64,000 nt of DNA, from contig CAMTVD010000014.1 in NCBI GenBank assembly GCA_947085095.1, forward strand, positions 1 through 64,000, read 5' to 3'. The translations under genes were made by a program, and so were the position numbers. Shown piece by piece: positions 1 to 9,322 of this stretch. The notes beneath the pieces are model-generated. The model saw only the letters and a list, made by a program, of their open reading frames with translations. It was not told the origin of the DNA and searched no databases. Every line of letters starts with the position of its first letter. Positions within the stretch are counted from its first letter, which is position 1. This DNA is from an uncultured Thermus sp. (GTDB lineage: Bacteria; Deinococcota; Deinococci; Deinococcales; Thermaceae).

Positions 1-140
1 AGGGTGTGTGGCGGCGGGTGAAGGGGTTTTTGATGCCTCGGCGGCACTACGGGGGGGTTGAGGAGCTTAGGGAGGCGGTGGTTCAGGCCCTCAAGGCCCT
101 GGGGGGTGTGGAGTTGAAAATCTTGGGGGAGGGTACTTAG
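1..140 (+). mobile_element. 3' end of IS630-family insertion sequence (transposase C-terminus, partial)
   Basis: Frame 3 reads GVWRRVKGFLMPRRHYGGVEELREAVVQALKALGGVELKILGEGT* (stop 138-140), resembling the segment after the NPIE motif of IS630 DDE transposases; ends at a TA (138-139). Confidence 0.7.
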
Positions 141-313
141 ACTTGGGAAAGGTGATGGAAGCGCCCTTCCCCCAGGAAGAGGCCCTCGAGGCCATCTTCA
201 CCCTAGACCAAAGGATCCGGGCCCGGCTGGGCCGGCCCCTTACCCCTCCCGAAGAGGTCCTAGGCCAGATCCGGGAGGAGAGGGACCGCGAACAGGACCT
301 TTGGATCCCATGA
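137..313 (+). pseudogene. 3' remnant of a small hypothetical gene interrupted by the IS
   Basis: Open frame LDLGKVMEAPFPQEEALEAIFTLDQRIRARLGRPLTPPEEVLGQIREERDREQDLWIP* starts at the IS junction; its TGA overlaps the next ATG (ATGA 310-313). Confidence 0.5.
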
Positions 314-870
314 CCCTCGGCCAGCTCCGGGAAGAGGTCTGGAACTTCCTGGCCCGCCACGACCTGGCCCTCCACCCCACACCCCCCCACGGCCACCACC
401 CCAACTTCCTGGGGGCCAAGCGGGCGGCGGAGAGGCTCCTGAAGACCCCGGAGTTCCAGGGAGCGAGGCTCGTCCTGGCGGGGATGGACGCCGTCCTGAA
501 GCCCCTCAGGGAGGAGGCGCTGAAGCAGGGCAAGGCCCTCCTCCTCCCCCACCCCGACCGCCCGGGGGAGTTTTTGCTCCTTGAGGGCCTGGACCCCAGG
601 AGGCTCAAGCGGGTGCGGGAGGCCTACCGCTACGGGGTGCGGGTGGACCTAAGGGAAAAGCCCGTTGACCTGGTCCTCGTCGGGGCGGTGGCCGTGGACG
701 AGGAAGGGGGGTGGGTGGGCAAGGGCTACGGCTTCCCCCAGGCCTGGCTGGAGGTGGCGGCCCCCTTCGCCACCCTGGCCCACCCGGTGATGGTCTACCC
801 CAAGCTCCCCGTGGAGCCCGAGCGCCGGGTGGACCTGATCGCCACCCCCCAGAGGCTCATCCGGCCCTGA
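310..870 (+). CDS. 5-formyltetrahydrofolate cyclo-ligase family protein
   Basis: DLVLVGAVAVDEEGGWVGKGYG and VDLIATP motifs; ATG at 310. Confidence 0.8.
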   Translation: MTLGQLREEVWNFLARHDLALHPTPPHGHHPNFLGAKRAAERLLKTPEFQGARLVLAGMDAVLKPLREEALKQGKALLLPHPDRPGEFLLLEGLDPRRLKRVREAYRYGVRVDLREKPVDLVLVGAVAVDEEGGWVGKGYGFPQAWLEVAAPFATLAHPVMVYPKLPVEPERRVDLIATPQRLIRP

Positions 871-1177
871 GGCCCAGAAGGAGCCCCCCCACAAAGCTGG
901 CCCCGAAGGGCAGGTTGTGGGTCAGGGTGGAAAGGAGCCGCTCCCAGAGACTCTGGAGGCCCGGCTGTTGCAAAAGGGGCTCCACGTCCCGCTGAATCCG
1001 CGTCCAGTCCACCTGCACGTAGCCCGCCTGGGCCAGAAGCTGCAGGGCGATGAAGAGGAGGCCCAGGAGAATGGCCAGGGCCCGGCCCACCTTCTTGAGG
1101 GCGTAGCCCACGGCGTACCCCGCCAGGCCGCCGAAGGTCATCTGCCCCAGGTAGGGGGTGAGGTCAGGAAGCTCCAT
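857..1177 (-). CDS. FUN14-domain membrane protein
   Basis: GGLAGYAVGYALKKVGR...LQLLAQAGYVQVDW...GASFVGG pattern. Confidence 0.8.
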   Translation of the reverse strand: MELPDLTPYLGQMTFGGLAGYAVGYALKKVGRALAILLGLLFIALQLLAQAGYVQVDWTRIQRDVEPLLQQPGLQSLWERLLSTLTHNLPFGASFVGGLLLGLRAG

Positions 1178-1213
1178 CCCCCTCACCCTAGCGGGAAAGG
1201 GGTTCCCAGGCAA

Positions 1214-1765
1214 CTAGGCCAGGCCCAAAAGCCCGGCGTTCTCCTTCATGGCGGAGAGGACGAAGTCCATGTGCTCCTCCAGGGGCACCCCCAGCTCCCT
1301 TGCCCCCTCCTCTATCTCCTTTCGGTTCACCCCCTTGGCGAAGGCCTTGTCTTTGAACTTTTTCTTGAGGCTTGGGAGCTCCAGGCCCAGGATGGAACGG
1401 TCGGGGCGCACGTAGACCGCGGCGGTGATGAGGCCGGTGAGCTCGTCCACGGCGAAGAGGGCCTTGGCCATGAGGCTCTTCCTCGGCACCCCGGTGTAGC
1501 TGGCGTGGCCCAGGATGGCCTCGAGGACCTCCTCCGGGTACCCAAGCCGCCTAAGCTCCTCCACCCCCCGGTAGGGGTGGGCCTCGGGGTGCTTCTCGTA
1601 GTCCATGTCGTGGAGGACCCCAGCCATGGCCCAAAGCTCCTCGTCCTGGCCATAGCGGCGGGCGTAGGCCCGCATGGCCACCTCCACCGCCCGCATGTGC
1701 CGCCTAAGGGAGTCGCTTTCCGTCCAGGCCTCCATGAGGGCCAGGGCTTCCTGGAAGCTCGGCAT
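1214..1765 (-). CDS. HD/HDIG-domain metal-dependent hydrolase
   Basis: H...GVLHDMDYE...ILGH...AVDELTG motifs. Confidence 0.85.
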   Translation of the reverse strand: MPSFQEALALMEAWTESDSLRRHMRAVEVAMRAYARRYGQDEELWAMAGVLHDMDYEKHPEAHPYRGVEELRRLGYPEEVLEAILGHASYTGVPRKSLMAKALFAVDELTGLITAAVYVRPDRSILGLELPSLKKKFKDKAFAKGVNRKEIEEGARELGVPLEEHMDFVLSAMKENAGLLGLA

Positions 1766-1781
1766 GCCCTAAAGTATAGCC

Positions 1782-2240
1782 ATGCGCCTGGGCTACGGCG
1801 AGGATAGCCACCTTCTTGAGGAGGGGCGGCCCCTTTACCTCTGCGGCCTCCTCCTGCCAAGCCCCTTAGGGGCCAAGGCCCACTCCGACGGGGACGCCGC
1901 CCTCCACGCCCTCACGGACGCCCTCCTCTCCGCCTTTGGCCTCGGGGACATCGGCCTCCTCTTCCCCGACACCGACCCCAGGTGGCGGGAGGCGCGGAGC
2001 GAGGTCTTCCTGAAGGAAGCCCTAAACCTGGTGGCCGCCCGGGGGGGGAGGCTCCTCCAGGCCAGCCTGGTCCTGGTCCTGGACCGGCCCAAACTCGGCC
2101 CCCACCGCCAGGCCCTGACCCAAAACCTCTCCCGCCTCCTCGGCCTGCCGGAGGACCGGGTGGGCCTCACCTTCAAGACCTCAGAAGGCCTGGCCCCCAG
2201 ACATGTCCAGGCCCGGGCGGTGGTGCTTTTGGAGGGTTGA
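1782..2240 (+). CDS. ispF: 2-C-methyl-D-erythritol 2,4-cyclodiphosphate synthase
   Basis: MRLGYGEDSH, HSDGDAALHALTDALL, GDIGLLFPDTDP, KTSEGL. Confidence 0.97.
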   Translation: MRLGYGEDSHLLEEGRPLYLCGLLLPSPLGAKAHSDGDAALHALTDALLSAFGLGDIGLLFPDTDPRWREARSEVFLKEALNLVAARGGRLLQASLVLVLDRPKLGPHRQALTQNLSRLLGLPEDRVGLTFKTSEGLAPRHVQARAVVLLEG

Positions 2241-2272
2241 GACCCTGGTCTGGCTGGGGGCCAAGGCGGCAG

Positions 2273-2983
2273 CTACTTGAGCTGGGCCAGCTCCCTCCGG
2301 GCCCTTTCTTGGTCGTAGCGGTCAGCGGCGGTTTGGGCGGGAAGGGAGAGGGCCACCTCCAGCTGCTTTCTGGCCTCCTCCTTCTTGCCCCAGGCGGCCA
2401 GCACCCGGGCGTACTCCACCCGGTGGATGATGCCATCGGGCTCCAGCTCTATGGCCTTCTTCATCAGGGGCTCCACCCGGCTCCTATCCGCCCCCTGGGT
2501 GGTGGCCACCAACCAGCCCTTCTGCACCAGTTCAAAGTGCCAAAGGGCCAGGGCCACCATGGCCCCCGGGTGGTCGGGCTTGAGCCTCAGGGTCCTCTCC
2601 AGGTCGCTCCGGATCCGCGGGGCGAGGCCTTCGGCCAGGGCCTCGAGAATGCCCTTGTACTGGGAGAGTCGCCCCAAGGCCCGGGCCCGCTCAAAGTAGC
2701 CCTCGGGGTAGTCGGGGGCCTTGGCGATGGCCTGGGAGGCCGCCTTCTCCGCCCGCTCAAACCAGGTCCGCTTCTCCTCGTCCTTGGCCTGGTACAGGGC
2801 GTAGAAGCTGGCCCCCTTGGCCGCCAGGGCCAGGGCCTCGGGGGTACCCAGCCTGAGACCCGCCTCGTAGGCCTCCTGGAAACGCCCCGCATCCACCAGG
2901 GCCGCCACCGAGGGGGCCTGGGCCATGGCCAGGGGTAGCGCGCCGATCAGAAAAAGGGTTATGGCCTTCCGCATGGGTTTCAC
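2273..2983 (-). CDS. secreted TPR-like helical repeat protein (start may be 2974)
   Basis: Signal peptide ending ALPLAMA-Q; helical TPR-like repeats. Confidence 0.7.
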   Translation of the reverse strand: MKPMRKAITLFLIGALPLAMAQAPSVAALVDAGRFQEAYEAGLRLGTPEALALAAKGASFYALYQAKDEEKRTWFERAEKAASQAIAKAPDYPEGYFERARALGRLSQYKGILEALAEGLAPRIRSDLERTLRLKPDHPGAMVALALWHFELVQKGWLVATTQGADRSRVEPLMKKAIELEPDGIIHRVEYARVLAAWGKKEEARKQLEVALSLPAQTAADRYDQERARRELAQLK

Positions 2984-3032
2984 CCGAGGGGATTATACCG
3001 AGTCTAAAGCCTTGGAGCGTAAACTGGAAGGC

Positions 3033-4481
3033 ATGAAGCTTATCTGGGGGTTGGGATTCCTCTTGGGCCTCCTGGCCTTGGCCCAGGAGGCTGACGATTA
3101 TCACGCCCGTTGCGCGCGCCTTTACCAGCAAGGGGCCCTGGAAAGCGCCCAGGCCACCTGCGAGCTGGCCCTGGTGAGCGATCCCGCCCACCGCCCCACC
3201 CTCCGCCTCCTGGCCCGCATCCACCTGGACAAGAAGGAGCCGTCCCTGGCAGAAACCTATCTGGAGCGCCTGGGGGAGGATGCGGAAGCCCCCCTCTTGC
3301 GGGCCCGCCTCCTTCTCCTGAAGGGCAGGCCGGGGGAGGTGTTGGGCCTCCCCCTGCCCCCGAGCCCGGAAGGACGGCTGCTCAAGGCCCTGGCCCTGGA
3401 GGCCCTGAAGCAGCCTGAGGAGGCCCTCAAGGAGGCCCAAGGGCTTCCCCCGACCCCGGAGGTCCGGCTCCTTTTGGCCCGGCTCCACCTGGCCACAGGA
3501 AGGCCCGAGCGGGGACTGGCCCTTTTGGGTTCCACCCTCGAGGAACGGCTGGAGCGGGGCCGCCTCCTCTTCCTGACGGGCAGGCCCCAGGAGGCGATAG
3601 CCCTTCTGGAAAACCTTCTCCCCGAGATTTCGGGTAGGCCCGAGCTCCAACGCCAGGCCCTCTCCACCCTGGTCCTGGCCTACCTGGGCCAGGGTGACTG
3701 GGCCCGGGGCCAGGCGGCCCTGAGCCAGCTTTCCACCCTGGAAAACCTGCCGGGCCTTTTCCTGGCCCGCACCTGGCCTTGGCTTCTGGCCTTCCTGGCC
3801 TTTATGATCCTCATCCTCATCGGGGAAAGCCGCATTGAACCCTTGCGCACCGTGGAGGTGGTGGAAAACCCCCTGCCGGGTCCGGGAAGCCTCTACCTCT
3901 TCCTCCTCCTCGCCCTCCTTCTGGCCCTGGGCTTCGCCTTCTTCCTGGGCAAGGGCCTCTTCGCCAACGGCCTGGCCCTCCTCACCCCTTACCAGCAGGA
4001 CCAGGTCCTGCCCAGCTTCTACCTGGCCCTCGGCCTCCTGCTCTTCCTGGGGCTTTCCCTGTGGCAGAGGCGGCGGCTTTCCCAGCTGCTGGGCCCCCTC
4101 GAGGGCTTTGTGGAGGGGTTCTGGGTGGGGCCTGCCCTGGTCCTGGTCCTTTTGGCCTACGGGGCGGTGCGGCCCATCCTCGGGCTCCCCACCCTGCCCC
4201 TGAACCTCCTGGCCTTCCTGGGCCTAGCCCTGATGGAACCCTTCTTCCGCGGCCTGGTGCCCTGGGTGTTCCGCGAGCGCTACCGCAACCTCTCCCCCTA
4301 CCTCTCCACCCTCCTCTTCGCCTTGGCGGTGCCCGGGCCCACCCTGCTCCTGGCCCTTCTGGGAGCCGGCCTCCTTTGGGCCAAGGAGCGGGCGGGAAGC
4401 GTCTTTGGGCTTTCCCTGGGCTGGGTGGTGGCGGGGGTGGTGCTGGCCCTCTTCCCCACCCCCTGGCTCCGGCGCTTCTAG
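3033..4481 (+). CDS. signal peptide + TPR repeats + multi-TM CPBP(Abi)-like C-terminal domain
   Basis: MKLIWGLGFLLGLLALAQ signal; TPR-like helices; hydrophobic C-terminus with MEPFFRG. Confidence 0.65.
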   Translation: MKLIWGLGFLLGLLALAQEADDYHARCARLYQQGALESAQATCELALVSDPAHRPTLRLLARIHLDKKEPSLAETYLERLGEDAEAPLLRARLLLLKGRPGEVLGLPLPPSPEGRLLKALALEALKQPEEALKEAQGLPPTPEVRLLLARLHLATGRPERGLALLGSTLEERLERGRLLFLTGRPQEAIALLENLLPEISGRPELQRQALSTLVLAYLGQGDWARGQAALSQLSTLENLPGLFLARTWPWLLAFLAFMILILIGESRIEPLRTVEVVENPLPGPGSLYLFLLLALLLALGFAFFLGKGLFANGLALLTPYQQDQVLPSFYLALGLLLFLGLSLWQRRRLSQLLGPLEGFVEGFWVGPALVLVLLAYGAVRPILGLPTLPLNLLAFLGLALMEPFFRGLVPWVFRERYRNLSPYLSTLLFALAVPGPTLLLALLGAGLLWAKERAGSVFGLSLGWVVAGVVLALFPTPWLRRF

Positions 4482-4484
4482 GCC

Positions 4485-5261
4485 ATGCGCCCGGTCTACT
4501 TCCTCTCGGACTTCGGCCTCGAGGACCCCTATGCGGGCGTGGTCCAGGCCGTCCTGGAGGAGCGGGCCCCCGGGGTCAGGGTGCGCCATCTGGCCCACGC
4601 CCTGCCCCCTGGGGACCTGCGCCGGGCCGCCTACGCTCTCTTTGAGGCGGTTCCTTACCTGCCCGAGGGGGCGGTCCTCCTGGCGGTGGTGGACCCCGGG
4701 GTGGGCACAGCCAGGCGGGCCATCGCCGCCTGGGGCAAGCGCTTTTACGTGGGCCCCGACAACGGCCTCTTCACCCTGGCTTGGCTCCTGGACCCGCCTC
4801 AGAAGGCTTTTCTCCTGGAAAACCTACCCCCACCCCAGCCCCAAGGGGTAAGGCCCCTTCCTGGCTGGCGCCCGGGAGGGAACACCTTCCACGGCCGGGA
4901 CCGCTTCGCCCCCGCCGCCGCCCACCTGGCCCTGGGGCTTCCCCCGGAAGGATTGGGGCCCGAGGTGTCCGTGGAGAGCCTGGTCCGCCTGCCCCTCGCC
5001 CTAAGCCCGGGCCCCTTGGGGGAGGTCCTCACCTTTGACCGCTTCGGCAACGCCATCACCACCCTTCTTTCCGCCCCTCTGGGGGCCTGGGTGGAGGTGG
5101 CGGGGAGGCGGGTGAGGGTCCTCCGCACCTTCGGGGAGGCGGAAGAGGGGGAGGCCTTGGCCTATCTGGGAAGCGCCGGGCTTCTGGAGATCGCCGTGAA
5201 CCGGGGAAGCGCCCGGGAGGCCTTGGGCCTACAGGAGGGGATGCCCGTGCGGCTCCTCTAG
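4485..5261 (+). CDS. SAM hydroxide adenosyltransferase / fluorinase-chlorinase (DUF62) family
   Basis: FLSDFG, VVDPGVGTARR, GPDNG, TFHGRD, DRFGNAIT, LEIAVNRGSA. Confidence 0.92.
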   Translation: MRPVYFLSDFGLEDPYAGVVQAVLEERAPGVRVRHLAHALPPGDLRRAAYALFEAVPYLPEGAVLLAVVDPGVGTARRAIAAWGKRFYVGPDNGLFTLAWLLDPPQKAFLLENLPPPQPQGVRPLPGWRPGGNTFHGRDRFAPAAAHLALGLPPEGLGPEVSVESLVRLPLALSPGPLGEVLTFDRFGNAITTLLSAPLGAWVEVAGRRVRVLRTFGEAEEGEALAYLGSAGLLEIAVNRGSAREALGLQEGMPVRLL

Positions 5262-6007
5262 AGGCCTTCCATCCAGCGGGCAACCTCGGGGAGGAAGTCC
5301 AGGGCAGTGAAGTCCAGGCTCACCGGGGTCACGGAGATGTACCCGCGGCGCACCGCAAAGAGGTCCGTGCCCTCCTCCTCCTCGCCCACCGGGGTGCCCG
5401 CGATCCAGTAGTAGGGCCTGCCCTCGGGGTCCAGGCGCTCCACCACCGTGTCCTCCCAGTGGTGGGTGGAAAGGCGGGTCACCAGAACTCCCTTGGGAAC
5501 GCCCGCGGGGAAGTTCACGTTGAGGAGGACCCCTTTGGGAAGCCCCTTCTCTGCCACCAGCCGGGCCAAGCGGAGGGCCCACTGGGCCGCCTGGGTGAAG
5601 TCCAGCTCCTCCCCGGAGGTGTCCAGGCTGAAGGCGATGGAGGGGATGCCCAAGGAGGTGGCCTCGAGGGCCGCGGCCACGGTGCCGGAGTGGGTGAGGT
5701 CCAGGCCCAGGTTCACCCCGATGTTGATGCCGGACACCAGAAGGTCCGGCCGCCCCAGGAGGTGGACCCCCAGGACCACGCAGTCCGCGGGGGTGCCGTC
5801 CACCCGGTAGGCGGGGATCTCCCCGAAGCCGGCGCTTTGGGTGTGCTTGAAGCGCAAGGGGCGGCGCACGGTGATGCCGTGCCCCACCGCTGACTGCTCC
5901 ACGTCCGGGGCCACCACGTACACCTCGCCCAGGGCCCGCATGGCCAGGCCCAAGGCCTTGATGCCGGGGGAGAAGATGCCGTCGTCGTTGGAGACCAGGA
6001 TGCGCAT
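5258..6007 (-). CDS. surE: 5'/3'-nucleotidase SurE
   Basis: ILVSNDDG, GTPADCV, SGINIGVNLG, SGTVAAA. Confidence 0.97.
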   Translation of the reverse strand: MRILVSNDDGIFSPGIKALGLAMRALGEVYVVAPDVEQSAVGHGITVRRPLRFKHTQSAGFGEIPAYRVDGTPADCVVLGVHLLGRPDLLVSGINIGVNLGLDLTHSGTVAAALEATSLGIPSIAFSLDTSGEELDFTQAAQWALRLARLVAEKGLPKGVLLNVNFPAGVPKGVLVTRLSTHHWEDTVVERLDPEGRPYYWIAGTPVGEEEEGTDLFAVRRGYISVTPVSLDFTALDFLPEVARWMEGL

Positions 6008-6023
6008 GCTTCAAGCCTAAAGG

Positions 6024-6047
6024 AAAAAGGGCCCCCAAAGGGGCCCT
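6024..6047 (-). terminator. intrinsic terminator of the cold-shock gene
   Basis: agggcccc/ggggccct stem followed by a U-tract on the minus strand. Confidence 0.7.
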
Positions 6048-6065
6048 ACTCTGGCCTTCAGGGCT

Positions 6066-6272
6066 TTAGATGCGGCGGACCTTCTTGGCCTGGGGGCCCT
6101 TGCCGCCCCGGCCAGCCTCCACCTCAAACTCCACCCGCTCCCCCTCGTTCAGGGTGCGGAAGCCATCGGCCTCAATGGCCGTGAAGTGCACGAACACATC
6201 GGGACCCTCTTCCTGCTGGATGAAGCCGTAGCCTTTTTCCGCGTTGAACCACTTAACCGTACCCTTCTTCAT
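6066..6272 (-). CDS. csp: cold-shock protein
   Basis: [16 protein letters not shown] (RNP1) and DVFVHF (RNP2). Confidence 0.97.
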   Translation of the reverse strand: MKKGTVKWFNAEKGYGFIQQEEGPDVFVHFTAIEADGFRTLNEGERVEFEVEAGRGGKGPQAKKVRRI

Positions 6273-6319
6273 GTTTCTCCTTCATCCCGAAAACCCACCT
6301 GGCTTTCCAGGGACTCCTC

Positions 6320-6348
6320 ACTATCCCACGCCCTTAGGCAAAAGTCAA
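6320..6348 (-). promoter_or_regulatory. sigmaA-type promoter of csp
   Basis: TTGACT (6348-6343) - 17 nt - GATAGT (6325-6320); leader has a cctgg/ccagg hairpin and AGGAG RBS. Confidence 0.55.
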
Positions 6349-6369
6349 GCCCCGGGAGCAACCCGGGGC
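6349..6369 (-). terminator. hairpin/terminator downstream of slyD
   Basis: gccccggg-agcaa-cccggggc stem-loop just past the stop codon. Confidence 0.55.
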
Positions 6370-6376
6370 CAGAAAC

Positions 6377-6850
6377 CTAGTGGGCGTGGCCGTCCTCGTG
6401 GACGTGGCCGTGGAGGATCTCCTCGGAGGTGGCCTCCCGCACCCTCACCACCTCCACCTCAAAGTCCAGGTCCTTGCCCGCCAGGGGGTGGTTGAAGTCA
6501 ATGGTGACCTCCTCTCCCCTCACCTCCACCACGGTGAGGGGCATGGGGTTCCCCTCCATGTCCTGGGCGTAAAACTGGGCCCCAGGGGCCACCTCGGCGT
6601 CCTCGGGGAAGGCGGAGAGGGGCACCACCTGCACCCCCTCGGGGTCGTGGGGGCCATAGCCCTTCTCCGCGGGCACATGGGCCCGGAAGCGCTCCCCCTC
6701 CCCGCGGCCTTCCAGCTCCTCCTCGAGGCCCCGGATCAGGTTGCCGTGCCCGTGCAAATAGGAAAGCTCACCCTGGTCCAAGACCTCCCCCTCCACCTGG
6801 AGGGTGTAGCGGATGGTCACTACCTTGTCCTGTTCAACCTTCATGTTCAT
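6377..6850 (-). CDS. slyD: FKBP-type peptidyl-prolyl isomerase SlyD
   Basis: YLHGHGNLI, IDFNHPLAGKDLDFEVEV, His-rich tail. Confidence 0.95.
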   Translation of the reverse strand: MNMKVEQDKVVTIRYTLQVEGEVLDQGELSYLHGHGNLIRGLEEELEGRGEGERFRAHVPAEKGYGPHDPEGVQVVPLSAFPEDAEVAPGAQFYAQDMEGNPMPLTVVEVRGEEVTIDFNHPLAGKDLDFEVEVVRVREATSEEILHGHVHEDGHAH

Positions 6851-7002
6851 CCTTTCGCAAGCTGAGGTCCATTTGGGGTAGGGGCCCCAAAGAGGCTTGC
6901 TCCCTCTAGCCTACCAGACCCCCGCCTTCGCAAAAAGGGGAAAGGGGGTTTTTCCCTACCCATGGGCCTTTCCCTTCCCCTGCTTGGCCCTATAGTGGGG
7001 GT

Positions 7003-7914
7003 ATGCGGGTGGAAAGGGTTATTGGGAAGACCCCGGTGGTCCGCCTGGAAAGGGTGCTGGAGCCGGGCATGGCCGAGATCTACGTGAAGCTGGAGGGCCA
7101 GAACCCCGGGGGCTCCATCAAGGACCGCCCCGCCTGGTACATGATCCGGGACGCAGAGGAGAAGGGCCTCCTCCGCCCCGGCTCCGGCCAGGTGATCGTG
7201 GAGCCCACGAGCGGCAACACGGGGATCGGCCTGGCCATGATCGCCGCCAGCCGCGGCTACCGCCTCATCCTCACCATGCCCGCCCAGATGTCGGAGGAAA
7301 GGAAGCGGGTCCTAAAGGCCTTTGGGGCGGAGCTCGTCCTCACCGACCCGGAAAGGCGCATGCTGGCCGCCAGGGAGGAGGCCTTGCGCCTCAAGGAGGA
7401 GCTTGGGGCCTTCATGCCGGACCAGTTCGCCAACCCCGCCAACGTCCGCGCCCACTACGAGACCACGGGGCCGGAGCTTTTCCAAGCCCTCGAGGGCCGC
7501 ATAGACGCCTTCGTCTACGGCTCCGGCACCGGGGGGACCATCACGGGGGTGGGGCGGTACCTGAAGGAGCGCCTTCCTGGGGTTAAGGTCATCGCCGTGG
7601 AGCCCGCCCGGTCCAACGTCCTCTCCGGGGGGAAGATGGGGCAGCACCAGTTCCAGGGCATGGGGCCAGGCTTCATCCCGGAAAACCTGGACCTCTCCCT
7701 CCTGGACGGGGTGATCCAGGTCTATGAGGAGGACGCCTTCCCCTTGGCCAGGAGGCTGGCCCGGGAGGAGGGGCTTTTCCTGGGGATGAGCTCGGGGGGG
7801 ATCGTCTGGGCGGCGCTCCAGGTGGCCCGGGAGCTGGGCCCCGGCAAGCGGGTGGCCTGCATCAGCCCCGACGGGGGGTGGAAGTACCTCTCCACCCCCC
7901 TTTACGCGGATTAA
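7003..7914 (+). CDS. cysK: cysteine synthase A (O-acetylserine sulfhydrylase)
   Basis: NPGGSIKDR PLP lysine, PTSGNTGI, GTGGT, KYLST. Confidence 0.95.
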   Translation: MRVERVIGKTPVVRLERVLEPGMAEIYVKLEGQNPGGSIKDRPAWYMIRDAEEKGLLRPGSGQVIVEPTSGNTGIGLAMIAASRGYRLILTMPAQMSEERKRVLKAFGAELVLTDPERRMLAAREEALRLKEELGAFMPDQFANPANVRAHYETTGPELFQALEGRIDAFVYGSGTGGTITGVGRYLKERLPGVKVIAVEPARSNVLSGGKMGQHQFQGMGPGFIPENLDLSLLDGVIQVYEEDAFPLARRLAREEGLFLGMSSGGIVWAALQVARELGPGKRVACISPDGGWKYLSTPLYAD

Positions 7915-8588
7915 CGGCGCACCACCTGGGCGTCCTTGGGGTAGCGCTTGAGCCCCGCGGGGGTCAGGTTGGCCCGCTGGAAGGCCACCACCTGGAGATC
8001 CCCTAGGACCTGCCCCCCCTCCCCGCGGAAGATGAAGCGGACCGGGCGGGGGTCCTCCTCCAGGATCCAGAGCTCCACCTCCCGGAACCCCAGGGCCTCC
8101 CCGGGCTTGGGCTGGCCCAGGAGGCGGTAGGCGGGGCCCTGGGGAGTGGAGACCCGGCCCAAGAGCCTGAGGTCCAGGCGCTCCGCCATGGCCTGGGCGT
8201 TACCCAAAAGGGCGGGGTTGAAGCCCAGGCCAGAGACCTGGGCCTTCTCCTTGGGGCTGATGATGAGCTGGTTGGTCAGGTAGAGGTAGTTCCAAACCTC
8301 CTTGTCGGTGATGACGGTGAAGTTGCCCTCCAGCGAGCCGGGCTTGAGGTACTCAATACGGAAAAGCCCCTGGCGGGAGATGGCGTAGACCCGGGCGCGG
8401 AACTCTTCCTTCCCCCCGGGGCCCTGGATCTCGCCGCGGACCTCGGCCTGCCAGGGGGCATCCAGGTTGCGCACCATCCGGCTTAGGATCTCCTGGGGGC
8501 TTTGGGCTAGGGCCAAGGAGAGGAAGAGGAGGGCCATAAGCCCCCAAGCCTTCCAACCCACCGCTTTTGGCGTCTCGCGCTCCCTCAC
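7911..8588 (-). CDS. LolA-like periplasmic lipoprotein carrier / outer-membrane sorting protein
   Basis: Signal peptide; FRIEYLKPGSLEGNFTVITDKEVWNY LolA-fold pattern; GTGA overlap with upstream gene. Confidence 0.75.
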   Translation of the reverse strand: MRERETPKAVGWKAWGLMALLFLSLALAQSPQEILSRMVRNLDAPWQAEVRGEIQGPGGKEEFRARVYAISRQGLFRIEYLKPGSLEGNFTVITDKEVWNYLYLTNQLIISPKEKAQVSGLGFNPALLGNAQAMAERLDLRLLGRVSTPQGPAYRLLGQPKPGEALGFREVELWILEEDPRPVRFIFRGEGGQVLGDLQVVAFQRANLTPAGLKRYPKDAQVVRR

Positions 8589-9322
8589 GGCCACCTCCAG
8601 GCGTAGCGGACCCAGGCGTAGGGGGCTTGGTGGAAGCCCGCCTCGAGGCCCAGGTCCCCTAACCACAGGGTGAGGCTACCCGCCCAAGGATGGGAAAGGA
8701 TGAAAAGAAGGCTAGCCTCCCCTAAGTAAAGGCCGCCCTCGAGGCGGTTCAGCCCCCCCAGGCGCAAGGCCAGGTCCAAGACCTCTCCCCCTTCCCCCAC
8801 CTCCCCCTTCCAGCCCAGGACCAGGTAGGGCACCCCGGCCACCCCCACCCCCAGGGTATGGGTGGCCCCCTCCCTCAGGGCGTAGGTGGCCTCGGCCCGC
8901 CCCCCCTCCAGGAGGAAGCCCGCCACCTCCTTTGGGGCCAGGCGGTAGCGCAGGAAGAACCTCCCCCAAAGCCCCTCCTCGGGAAAGAGGGGAAGGGCCC
9001 TTAGGGGGCGGTAGGTAAGCCTCCCCTCCAGGGCCAAGGGCCCCGCCCCCCCCTCCAGGAAGAGGGCGAGGCCCCATCCCCCCTCCCCCACCTCCCCCTG
9101 GACCCCGTAGCCCAGAAAGCCCAGGGGCCCCAGGGCTAGGCTCCCCAGGTAGCCCAAAGCTCCCCGGCCGGGCTGGAGGCGCAGGTAGACCTCCCCCTCC
9201 TCCAGGGCCAAAGCGGCCTCCAGGGTGGGGTGGACCCCGCTTTGCAGGTAGGCCCCGGCCTCGAGGCGGCCCTGGGCCGAGGCCGCCAGTCCCAAAAAAA
9301 TGAGCCAAACCCACCTTCTCAT
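8585..9322 (-). CDS. hypothetical exported protein, possible outer-membrane beta-barrel
   Basis: Signal peptide; alternating Gly/hydrophobic strands; aromatic-rich C-terminus (WVRYAWRWP). Confidence 0.55.
   Translation of the reverse strand: MRRWVWLIFLGLAASAQGRLEAGAYLQSGVHPTLEAALALEEGEVYLRLQPGRGALGYLGSLALGPLGFLGYGVQGEVGEGGWGLALFLEGGAGPLALEGRLTYRPLRALPLFPEEGLWGRFFLRYRLAPKEVAGFLLEGGRAEATYALREGATHTLGVGVAGVPYLVLGWKGEVGEGGEVLDLALRLGGLNRLEGGLYLGEASLLFILSHPWAGSLTLWLGDLGLEAGFHQAPYAWVRYAWRWP

Noticed and set aside
4485..5261. Fluorinase/chlorinase (halogenase) activity
   Set aside because: Retains the Asp/Arg/His pattern typical of DUF62 SAM hydrolases and has no biosynthetic context.
6851..7002. 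Possible structured RNA between slyD and cysK
   Set aside because: G/C runs can pair, but no recognisable riboswitch motif is present and cysK looks leaderless.
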